Source of the DNA: a virus
Taxonomy: Duplodnaviria; Caudoviricetes
Virus record (IMG/VR): IMGVR_UViG_3300008740_000043
Location: 1 to 25,904 of that record
Reading direction: 5' to 3' (one strand)
Length of the DNA stretch: 25,904 nt
A program made the translations under genes and the position numbers. Below the pieces are notes generated by a model. The model had not been told where the DNA came from. It searched no databases and was given only the letters and a program-made list of their open reading frames with translations. Positions 1-7,379 of this stretch are shown here, piece after piece. Each line of letters opens with the position of its first letter. The first letter of the stretch is position 1.

Positions 1-56
<56 letters not shown>

Positions 57-158
57 TATTATATTAAAAAGAAAACACAAGTGGAAAATTATCAAAGAGA
101 AAAATTCTACCTACATAGTAACGCAATAAAAAATTTCTACCACCCTAGAAGCATTTAA

Positions 159-259
159 GCGCGCGCCCCTAGTGCTAATTTTTCCACCTAGTGCCTAACT
201 AGTGCCTAACTTTTAGCACTAGTGGTAATTCTGCGGACTTAGACAAAATCCGCAAAATT
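159..259. repeat. Cluster of direct and inverted repeats in the left non-coding region
   Basis: CTAGTGCTAA (169-178) is the perfect reverse complement of TTAGCACTAG (213-222); tandem CTAGTGCCTAA x2 at 188-209; AATTcTGCGGA/TCCGCAaAATT inverted repeat at 227-259; GCGCGCGCC at 159-167. Confidence 0.8.
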
Positions 260-536
260 TTGTAGTATGAATATTATCCTTAGTATCCATATTATCCATA
301 CTATCAATACTATGTGGTCGATTGCTACTTTACTTACGTGAATGCAATTATTAAGTTTCTTGATTAATATTAATAATATTTTTCTGCACCTTTTCTGCTT
401 AACTTTTGCTACGAAAAATTTAGTATGACTAAAACGCGAAAAATTGCCAAAAATTATTTGGCGAAAAAATCCGTAGAAAACGAAAAAAGGTTAAGAATTA
501 AAATTAAATTCTGCACCTTGTTAATGCCGGAGCTAC

Positions 537-570
537 AAAAAAAATTGTATTAAAAAAAAATAGAAAAAAA
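537..570 (-). terminator. Oligo(T) tracts after the amidoligase operon, possible archaeal-type terminator
   Basis: Three A runs on the + strand (T runs on -) immediately downstream of the stop at 575. Confidence 0.45.
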
Positions 571-574
571 GACT

Positions 575-907
575 TTAGAATTTTTGTCTTTTTAATTCGT
601 ATGTTGCTTTAACGACTTTTCGTAAATGTTCAAAGTTATCAGCTTCAAATATTTTCGAAGTCTCGCCACAAGTTAAGCCAATCTCCAAACATTCAAAAAT
701 AAATTGTGAATGTTCTGGATTATACCCGCCTGTTTGCAACATTTTCTTCATAGACAATCGTCCGAAATTAGAAGGGTTTTTTCTAACAACAAACGAAGTT
801 ATGAATCCTGTTTCTTCTGCAATTGCAAGATATGGGCAACCTGTAGAAAATATTTTTTCTTCTGCACGTTGCAACAATTCTGCAATTTGCTGTTTTTGTG
901 TTTTCAT
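575..907 (-). CDS. Hypothetical protein (110 aa), last gene of the amidoligase operon
   Basis: ORF 575..937; the ATG at 907 (MKTQKQQ) overlaps the GATase stop as TAATG, so it is the likelier start. Confidence 0.7.
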   Translation of the reverse strand: MKTQKQQIAELLQRAEEKIFSTGCPYLAIAEETGFITSFVVRKNPSNFGRLSMKKMLQTGGYNPEHSQFIFECLEIGLTCGETSKIFEADNFEHLRKVVKATYELKRQKF

Positions 908-1959
908 TATTGTTTTTCTCCTTTTACTTTTTTCCAAAGTTCAACACTTGGGTTTTTTTGCATGTGTCGCTTTAGTTTTCGTTTTTGTTTTCGGTTTTGT
1001 TTTCGTTGTAATTTCATTTGTTTTCGCATGTCTTTAAGGTCGCGTTTTGTTGGTTTAATCACGACCCTTTTTACAGTCTCGATTTCTTTTTTTAGATTTT
1101 CTTTTCTGTCATTGTGCAATAACATTTCTAAATCTAGTTCTGTCATACACTCGTTTAAAGTGTAATCATGCTCGGCGCATTCTGGATTAAAGAATGGACA
1201 ATCCCAACCATTAACAAACTTTGTTATTTTTTGGTTGGTTTGTTTTACTTCATTCTTTTTTCCATAGTACCACGAACCGAAGCTCATGTTATTACCCCAT
1301 GTATGATTCAAGTTAGAACAAATTATGTTTTTGTTTTGTTCTTTGAAGTCATTGAATCTTTTTACGCCATCTTTTACAGAGTGAACGCAAAACTTTGAAC
1401 TTTTGTTTTTCTCTGCGAACTTTTCTAAGAATTTAATTCCTAGATTTCCAACAACATAAGCGAGCGCGTTTGTATCGCTTACCAAGTTTTCAACTTTGGC
1501 GTTCATATCTACACCGCGTTTTTTCTTGATGGATATTATTTCCTGTGCCATGCGTTTTAGTTCGGTAAAATTCATTGTACCGTTATGGTAAAGAATTATA
1601 CCATCTTTCACAAGTGTTGCACGTTGTGGGTTTTGCATATCTTCGCTTAATACGAATCCATGACAGCCGCAAAGATGTTTTGGGTTTGGATTTTTATAAC
1701 TACATTCAAGTTCGTTGCATGTTGAACCGTGTGAAGTTATGCGGGCATGGAAAACAAATTCTATTTTGTCTCCTTGCTTGAATCCTTCCTTTTCTATTAT
1801 CTCCAAAATTGCTTCAGGAGATAAATCACGACCCTTAAAAAATTCAATCGTGTTTCTTTTTGTTCTGATGGAAAAACCGTTTCCATGTGGGTTAGTCTCA
1901 ACCATAGATTCTAAATCTTCTATGGTTGGTACAGTTTTGAAACAAGAGATAACGCACAT
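907..1959 (-). CDS. Class II (Ntn) glutamine amidotransferase-like protein with a basic C-terminal tail
   Basis: Starts M-C (catalytic Cys2); motifs NPHGNG, FHARITSHG, HGF, YHNG and SDT typical of GATase-II; Lys/Arg-rich C-terminus. Confidence 0.88.
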   Translation of the reverse strand: MCVISCFKTVPTIEDLESMVETNPHGNGFSIRTKRNTIEFFKGRDLSPEAILEIIEKEGFKQGDKIEFVFHARITSHGSTCNELECSYKNPNPKHLCGCHGFVLSEDMQNPQRATLVKDGIILYHNGTMNFTELKRMAQEIISIKKKRGVDMNAKVENLVSDTNALAYVVGNLGIKFLEKFAEKNKSSKFCVHSVKDGVKRFNDFKEQNKNIICSNLNHTWGNNMSFGSWYYGKKNEVKQTNQKITKFVNGWDCPFFNPECAEHDYTLNECMTELDLEMLLHNDRKENLKKEIETVKRVVIKPTKRDLKDMRKQMKLQRKQNRKQKRKLKRHMQKNPSVELWKKVKGEKQ

Positions 1960-2940
1960 TTAGATTATCATCTCCGTTGTTTCTGTACTGAAACTTCTGT
2001 CAGTTCTTTGTTTTGTTGGTGCAGAATGTAAACGAACCTTTGGCATTTTGGTTTCTTTCTGTACCTTGTCGACCCATGTTTCAATGAAAGCGAATATTGC
2101 ACAATCCATATCTGTACAAAGTTTTTCGCTTTTGAAGTGTGGCAAACCGCGAATTTCTACGGTACCATGCAAGGCATATGGATAATTTACGTATCTGTAC
2201 CTTAATGGGTGTCCATCTTCTGCAGAGCGTCCGCCGATTTTGTTTGCTTGTCTTATTCCTGCACGTACTGCGCTCTCGTCATATTGTGAGAAACACCAGT
2301 AAGAGCCGTTATCGTGTTCTCCATTTCCGCACAATCTGTTGTAAAATTCCGCGTTTGTTGTTTTGTACATTTTGCCAAAGACGTACAAAAAGTTGCACAA
2401 GGTATCGAAAAATGCCTTGTTTGTTAAGGTGCTGTACATGGCGTCAGTTTTTACACTTACGTGTAAATGACTTGAACCGCTTTTGTTGCTCCTTAAATTT
2501 CCGTTTGTATAGACTTGAGTTAAAAATTCTCTCCAGTCTTTTACAGATTTGGTTAATCTGTTTCTATCGAATTCGTTTTCTGAATGTTCGCCGTCTCTTC
2601 TGTCAACATAAACAGAAGGGTCAGAATGTGGATTCATGAAACTGTTTGCAAAGTCATGTTCCATTCTTCCCTCGAATTCTTGGTTTGTTGCAAAAATATT
2701 TTTGAATTCAAGTTGACCAATTAGAATTACTAAACGGTCAACTTTTTGTTTTAATTCTGAACCTTCGCTGTGCAAAGTTTCAAAATCGAATTTTTCTAAT
2801 CCAGTGTTGAAATAATTTTCTGGATTATTGTTTTGTGTTTTCCAATAGTCCAAAGCACCTTCAAACTCTGTTGTTATGTATTCCATAATTTCAGAGATTT
2901 CAGTTCTTACGGTTTCTTGGTTGTGAATTTGTTGGCTCAT
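1960..2940 (-). CDS. Phage-type amidoligase (Amidoligase_2-like, glutamate-cysteine ligase/glutamine synthetase fold)
   Basis: Motifs EFEG, HSDPSV, ENEF, SGSSHLHVS, RYRYVN and HGTVEIR; directly adjacent to the GATase-II gene, as in known phage amidoligase operons. Confidence 0.85.
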   Translation of the reverse strand: MSQQIHNQETVRTEISEIMEYITTEFEGALDYWKTQNNNPENYFNTGLEKFDFETLHSEGSELKQKVDRLVILIGQLEFKNIFATNQEFEGRMEHDFANSFMNPHSDPSVYVDRRDGEHSENEFDRNRLTKSVKDWREFLTQVYTNGNLRSNKSGSSHLHVSVKTDAMYSTLTNKAFFDTLCNFLYVFGKMYKTTNAEFYNRLCGNGEHDNGSYWCFSQYDESAVRAGIRQANKIGGRSAEDGHPLRYRYVNYPYALHGTVEIRGLPHFKSEKLCTDMDCAIFAFIETWVDKVQKETKMPKVRLHSAPTKQRTDRSFSTETTEMII

Positions 2941-3515
2941 GAGTTTTGCACCTCGTCAACATATTCGATTTTTGATGTTACGTGAATTTTCAAAACTCCG
3001 CTGAATTCTTGAAAGACCTCAGTGAGTAATTCACGTTGACATTTTGCGATTAAATCGCGTGCTGTATTTGCCCATGTTTTCACGTCCTCGAGCATGTAGA
3101 CGCCTTTGAAGGTTACACGTTGTCCGTTTTTTTCTCCAACTTTGTTGAATCTCAAAACGTTGAGATTTGGCTGTCCGTTAACCATGAGGTTTTGTGAACC
3201 GCCCTCAATTGGTGCGCTGGTTTTGTTAAAAAATTCTTGAAGGGTTTCAGAGTCTCCGCATCTTGAGCGGGATAGATTTCTGAATTGTCTAGAATTCGAA
3301 GAACTGACGTTATACTCTAGTTTCTTACAAACTAGTTCTGCAATATCAGAGCGAACTAATGCTCTCAAATTGCCATTGTCATCAATTCCGAATTCAATAG
3401 CGTTGTAGTTTTCGCCGTATTTGTTGAAATATACGGTTGGCTCAACGCCGAATTTTTGAACAAACATTTTTTGAAAATGTTCGTTTTCCATTAGTTCTGA
3501 ATTAACTTTTGGCAT
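2937..3515 (-). CDS. Hypothetical protein (192 aa), first gene of the amidoligase operon
   Basis: Long ORF, ATGA overlap with the amidoligase start, TATA box upstream. Confidence 0.8.
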   Translation of the reverse strand: MPKVNSELMENEHFQKMFVQKFGVEPTVYFNKYGENYNAIEFGIDDNGNLRALVRSDIAELVCKKLEYNVSSSNSRQFRNLSRSRCGDSETLQEFFNKTSAPIEGGSQNLMVNGQPNLNVLRFNKVGEKNGQRVTFKGVYMLEDVKTWANTARDLIAKCQRELLTEVFQEFSGVLKIHVTSKIEYVDEVQNS

Positions 3516-3536
3516 GTAGGAATTTACCTATATCAC

Positions 3537-3544
3537 TATATATA
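3537..3544 (-). promoter_or_regulatory. Archaeal-type TATA box for the leaderless amidoligase operon
   Basis: TATATATA lies 22-29 nt upstream of the ATG at 3515. Confidence 0.65.
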
Positions 3545-3762
3545 GTCATGTATCACAATTTTAGAATATTATGCTATATTATATATACTGATTAAGTATT
3601 ACTTAACTTTGGGCGGAGATATTGTACTGGAATTAAATCTCTATTCATAACCCTATAGGATATTCGAATCTATTTAATCATCACATTCATACCATTCATA
3701 CCATTGATATTAATGGTTAAGATTAATCATATTATTCTCTAAGTCTCACTCAAACGACAGCA

Positions 3763-4075
3763 ATAAACGCGCCTGTGAATTACTTCCCTTGCTTTATGGA
3801 ATAAATCCGCGCGCCTTTTTCTTTGCTTTATGATTCCTGAAAACTAGTGCATAACCGCACCGTCGCCTAGTGACTAACGGTACCGTTCCGAACGGTACGC
3901 GTACTGTAAATTACGGTACCAGTACCGCAAAGTACGGTACAAAAAAAATTAACAATCGGGCAGCATTTCTGCGTAGCGCGCCTTATTTATTTGTTTCGGA
4001 TTCGGTACGGTAAAGTACGGTACTTATAAAAAAAAGCGACCGACAGATACACTTATATACAAGGCGCGCCCCCCC
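3763..4075. repeat. GTAC/GCGCGCC repeat-rich non-coding region (candidate origin or packaging site)
   Basis: 10 GTAC at 3880, 3895, 3901, 3916, 3922, 3932, 3937, 4005, 4015, 4020, mostly as CGGTAC/GTACGG/GTACCG; GCGCGCC at 3809, 3976, 4064; TTGCTTTATG at 3789 and 3823. Confidence 0.8.
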
Positions 4076-4113
4076 TTTTTAAAAACCGAGAAAAAATCTC
4101 GAAAAATGGGCGG

Positions 4114-4269
4114 TTAGTCCTTCATGAGTTCGGAAGCCTTTCTCCATATTATCTCATAGCGTTTGCCTGAACGGCTATGCTCTTCCATGTGTTTTCGACA
4201 TAAATGGTGGGTGTTCTTATCCACTTGTATGTGAAAAGAGGCTAATTCTTCGCATAATCCACATTTCAT
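4114..4269 (-). CDS. Small Zn-finger protein (51 aa), not in the ORF track
   Basis: MKCGLCEELASFHIQVDKNTHHLCRKHMEEH...MKD*; CxxC...CxxH; TTTATA at -29..-24 (plus-strand 4293-4298). Confidence 0.75.
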   Translation of the reverse strand: MKCGLCEELASFHIQVDKNTHHLCRKHMEEHSRSGKRYEIIWRKASELMKD

Positions 4270-4329
4270 AGGATATATATACACTGGTATCTTATAAACC
4301 CAAGATATTATTCCTGCCCAAAAAAAAGG

Positions 4330-4350
4330 TTAATAATTAATAGTTATTAA
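4330..4350. promoter_or_regulatory. 21-bp palindromic operator-like site, copy 1
   Basis: TTAATAATTAATAGTTATTAA, identical to 10557-10577; followed by an extra TAGTTATTAA. Confidence 0.55.
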
Positions 4351-4419
4351 TAGTTATTAAGTGTTATTATTAAGAGTGTGGTGTGAGCTTGCATATCCCT
4401 ATGGGAAGGACTACCGTAG

Positions 4420-5019
4420 CTAAGTAGCACTCTTAGGATAATCTAAAACCTTTAATTTCAGTTTTACAGGCTTTAAAGGAAAAACATATCTAAATTTAGG
4501 TAATTCAGGAACCTTTTCATACCCATGCTTATCTGCACATTCTTTCTCTTTTAGACCCTCTTTCTTTGATAGATCCCAAACCACCCTTTTATTGACCCTT
4601 TCTCCGTCCTTTATATAGTGGTATTTACGTCCTGTTTGACCACAATATAACCAACTAGCAGCCTGATATACAGTACCAATATGACCTTCTGTTTGATCTG
4701 CAAAAGACACCAAACATTTGATTTGTGGAAATTTCTGTCTAAGTATTTTAATGGACTTTGAGATAAAAAAGGTTCTAGGTGTTATACATTCATCTAAGAC
4801 ACACATTCTAAGAAACTCAAAGGTGTTTGATTGATTACCACCTTCCCAGATAGATTGGGCTAAAAGCCTACCGCTGACTTGACCAAAAGTGATTACACCC
4901 ACTAGAATGTCCTTTTGAAACATACCTGTAATTAGAGAAGCCTTACCTAATGATTGAGTATAATGGTGTTTCTCAACGAATGGTTTAGCCTGTTCTCTAG
5001 GGATAATTCTAACGTCCAT
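4420..5019 (-). CDS. Mom-like (GNAT-fold) DNA adenine modification protein
   Basis: KHHY, VGVITFG, EFLRM and LVSFADQTEGHIGTVYQAASWLYCG match the pattern of the phage Mu Mom family. Confidence 0.8.
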   Translation of the reverse strand: MDVRIIPREQAKPFVEKHHYTQSLGKASLITGMFQKDILVGVITFGQVSGRLLAQSIWEGGNQSNTFEFLRMCVLDECITPRTFFISKSIKILRQKFPQIKCLVSFADQTEGHIGTVYQAASWLYCGQTGRKYHYIKDGERVNKRVVWDLSKKEGLKEKECADKHGYEKVPELPKFRYVFPLKPVKLKLKVLDYPKSAT

Positions 5020-5138
5020 TAAAACTTAGCACCACAACCCTTACATTTGGAATACCCTGTAGAATGTCCATCATTTTTACCCCAAATCCATTCCCAACCT
5101 TTAGTAGCCTTACATTTAGGACATGGTTGAATACTCAT
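5019..5138 (-). CDS. Zn-ribbon microprotein (39 aa), not in the ORF track
   Basis: MSIQPCPKCKATKGWEWIWGKNDGHSTGYSKCKGCGAKF*; CPKC...CKGC; TAATG overlaps with both neighbours. Confidence 0.75.
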   Translation of the reverse strand: MSIQPCPKCKATKGWEWIWGKNDGHSTGYSKCKGCGAKF

Positions 5139-5359
5139 TAACACCAACCTGAAGCCTTACAAAAATCAAAGTTTTTAGGATTAAATATATTATCTTCTCT
5201 TTCCCAATTAGAAGAGTCATATCTATCTCTTACCCATTGAGAACCAGTGTCCTTAATATCGGACTTTGGAATGAAACAACCCTCTGCACTAGGAACGAAA
5301 AAAAGGATCGTTGCCACAAGGGCAACAATCTTAAAATACAGCGGTAAACCTCTTACCAT
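5138..5359 (-). CDS. Small membrane-anchored or secreted hypothetical protein
   Basis: N-terminal hydrophobic stretch LYFKIVALVATILFFVP; part of a chain of overlapping genes. Confidence 0.65.
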   Translation of the reverse strand: MVRGLPLYFKIVALVATILFFVPSAEGCFIPKSDIKDTGSQWVRDRYDSSNWEREDNIFNPKNFDFCKASGWC

Positions 5360-5630
5360 CTGACTCGTCCTCTGCCTTCTGTAAAGCCCTTCTAACTGCT
5401 AATTCCATATCAATAGAGTCCATCTCCATTATAGTATGGTTAATCAACATGGCGTCTTTAATACCTAATATTTTTAACACCTCTATAGTAAGTGCCTGTA
5501 GTGTATCACTCATGTGATTAGCATTAGCACCCTGTTCTACAAATATATCGAAATTAGCCTTCAAATAGCCAAAAACCCATGCTATTTTCTCTCTATCACT
5601 AATCAATGTCAACCCACACCCATTTACCAC
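5331..5630 (-). CDS. Hypothetical protein
   Basis: 99-aa ORF in a tightly packed minus-strand operon; start uncertain. Confidence 0.65.
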   Translation of the reverse strand: MVNGCGLTLISDREKIAWVFGYLKANFDIFVEQGANANHMSDTLQALTIEVLKILGIKDAMLINHTIMEMDSIDMELAVRRALQKAEDESDGKRFTAVF

Positions 5631-5826
5631 CCTTTTTCCTAGCAGAACGGCAAATTCTAAGTAACTGCATAGTGTTTGCTACAGTATAGACTAATTTAGT
5701 ATATTCCGAACCTGTAGCAGTAAGCATTTGTTTCTCTAATTCATGTAGTCTAGCCTGAACAACATTAGGATCAGGAAGGTCATAATCCTGTTCTTTTAAT
5801 AATCCAAATAAGTTACCAAACCCCAT
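5599..5826 (-). CDS. Hypothetical protein
   Basis: 75-aa ORF, TAATG overlap with the upstream gene. Confidence 0.7.
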   Translation of the reverse strand: MGFGNLFGLLKEQDYDLPDPNVVQARLHELEKQMLTATGSEYTKLVYTVANTMQLLRICRSARKKGGKWVWVDID

Positions 5827-6044
5827 TATTTATCATCTCCTACTGAAACATTTAAAACATTTGCTAGTAAATCTTTAATACAATTAACATCTGAAAGTTT
5901 AGTAAATTCTATTGTAGTTTTTAATTCCTTTGCCAATATAGCCATCTCCCCTGCTAATTCCTTTACAGCAGTATCATTATGCTCATATTTATCTATTAAT
6001 AATGTTAATATCCTCATTAATTCTTCCTTATTATCTCTAACCAT
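5826..6044 (-). CDS. Hypothetical helical protein
   Basis: ORF 5826..6050; the ATG at 6044 overlaps the upstream stop (TAATG). Confidence 0.7.
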   Translation of the reverse strand: MVRDNKEELMRILTLLIDKYEHNDTAVKELAGEMAILAKELKTTIEFTKLSDVNCIKDLLANVLNVSVGDDK

Positions 6045-6244
6045 TACCAAACACTACCTTTGTCAGAACAGTCCATTTCAGCACCACAGTTAGTACACCT
6101 TAAATGACAAGCAGATAATTCCCCCATTTCGAAAGCACATCTAGGACAAATAATGTTCTGCGAGTTTGAGGAGCTTTTCGCAGTTTTCGTCTTTTGACGA
6201 GAGTGTGATTGTTTTGTCTTTGTTGAATGACGTTGTTCCATCAT
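6044..6244 (-). CDS. Small archaeal-type CPxC Zn-finger protein
   Basis: CPRCAFEMGELSACHLRCTNCGAEMDCSD; start uncertain because it overlaps ORF 6141..6329. Confidence 0.7.
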   Translation of the reverse strand: MMEQRHSTKTKQSHSRQKTKTAKSSSNSQNIICPRCAFEMGELSACHLRCTNCGAEMDCSDKGSVW

Positions 6245-6329
6245 TTATCTCCACCTTTATAAAGTAAAAACCTTCTCCTTCCTTAGTCTCTTGTTGCACT
6301 TCAGGCAAATTAACACTTCGTCTCCCCAA
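6141..6329 (-). CDS. Hypothetical protein (TTG start)
   Basis: 62-aa ORF that fills the gap after the Cys-rich gene; overlaps the next ORF by 104 nt. Confidence 0.5.
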   Translation of the reverse strand: MGRRSVNLPEVQQETKEGEGFYFIKVEINDGTTSFNKDKTITLSSKDENCEKLLKLAEHYLS

Positions 6330-6335
6330 TTTTCA

Positions 6336-6815
6336 TTACAACACACCGTCATTTTTCTTATTCCTCGATAAAACTAATTGTGAATACGCTCTACATTTTC
6401 CAGAACAATACATTTTACTTTTAACTTTAACCCCACACAACATACATTTCATATCGCTCAATCTCTTAATAAACCCTTCCTCACATAGTTTACATATCCT
6501 ATTTCTAGGTACATCTGTAGGTGGTATTTCAATACTACAGAATTTACAATGTACAATCTTTGCCCTTCTTAACCTATTCCTGTTATAAGCACGACGGTTA
6601 GATATACGAACCTTACAGTTTAATTCACAGTAAACTTGAGATAATTTTAAAGGTTGAAACCGTTTCTCACAACCAACACATTTTATTGTTACTTTGGAAG
6701 GGTGTTTTCTGCAATTAATACAATAGAAATGTTTTGAAGGCTTGCTAGATTTTGCATACTTATCAAATAAGGTAAAAGGCTTCTGACAGTCAATATTCTT
6801 ACAAATACGTTCCAT
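6336..6815 (-). CDS. Multi-Zn-finger (treble-clef/TRASH-like repeat) basic protein, about 159 aa
   Basis: Eight CxxC/CxxxC-type pairs including YCELNC and YCSGKC; start reassigned to the ATG at 6815 because AATCTTTATA places TTTATA at -29..-24 and removes the overlap with TerS. Confidence 0.75.
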   Translation of the reverse strand: MERICKNIDCQKPFTLFDKYAKSSKPSKHFYCINCRKHPSKVTIKCVGCEKRFQPLKLSQVYCELNCKVRISNRRAYNRNRLRRAKIVHCKFCSIEIPPTDVPRNRICKLCEEGFIKRLSDMKCMLCGVKVKSKMYCSGKCRAYSQLVLSRNKKNDGVL

Positions 6816-6838
6816 ACGGTATATTACTATTGTTTCAA

Positions 6839-6848
6839 TATAAAGATT
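6839..6848 (-). promoter_or_regulatory. Archaeal TATA promoter of the leftward small-gene operon
   Basis: The minus strand reads AATCTTTATA, with TTTATA 24-29 nt upstream of the ATG at 6815. Confidence 0.65.
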
Positions 6849-7364
6849 ATGCTTAACAACAGGCAGAAAAGGACAGATGAGGTTAGAAGTAAAATAAGAG
6901 ATTTGTATATATTCTTTCATAAAAGCCCATCTAGTATAACAAGAGAGTTAAACGAAGATCAAGAATTTACACGAAAATATGGTACCATTACCGTACCCGG
7001 TGTAAACTACCATATACAGAAAATTAAATCAGAATATGAACAATTCATAGGAGAAGACGCGATTGATAAATATACAGCAGAGTTTGTAAGATTACAAAAC
7101 TCATTTGATCATGAACTAGACGACGTAGATGAAATGATAAAGGCTACAGAAGATGAAGATGTAAGAATTAAACTTATGAGGTTAAGACATGAGATTAGAT
7201 TGGATAAAATGAAGATGTTACAAGATATTGAATTACCACTAGCAGTTAAAAAATTAAAAATGGAAAGAAAGAAGAAACTGTCCACTATCAAAGAAATACC
7301 ACAGGGAGATGGTGTAGGAGATACTTCTGTTTTTGAGCAAAAGGAGAGTGATAACGTTGAATGA
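6849..7364 (+). CDS. Probable terminase small subunit
   Basis: N-terminal HTH-like segment plus helical region, immediately upstream of TerL. Confidence 0.6.
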   Translation: MLNNRQKRTDEVRSKIRDLYIFFHKSPSSITRELNEDQEFTRKYGTITVPGVNYHIQKIKSEYEQFIGEDAIDKYTAEFVRLQNSFDHELDDVDEMIKATEDEDVRIKLMRLRHEIRLDKMKMLQDIELPLAVKKLKMERKKKLSTIKEIPQGDGVGDTSVFEQKESDNVE

Positions 7365-7379
7365 TTATGAGCTATACTA

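Noticed and set aside
710-2639. Plus-strand ORFs 710..1165, 801..1037, 1168..1398, 1575..1781, 1715..1963 and 2139..2639
   Set aside because: Antisense shadows of well-supported minus-strand genes, with Phe/Cys-biased, non-protein-like composition
3684-3705. Tandem CATTCATAC repeat, and the GTAC array, as a CRISPR array
   Set aside because: Repeats are too short and there are no regularly sized unique spacers
6816-6920. N-terminal 35 codons of ORF 6336..6920
   Set aside because: Overlaps the divergent TerS gene; the TATA box position supports ATG 6815
7321-7379. ATACTTCTGT as a late promoter for TerL
   Set aside because: One mismatch to the consensus; 32 nt downstream is an out-of-frame TTG and the TerL start is 55 nt away, so it is possible but unsupported
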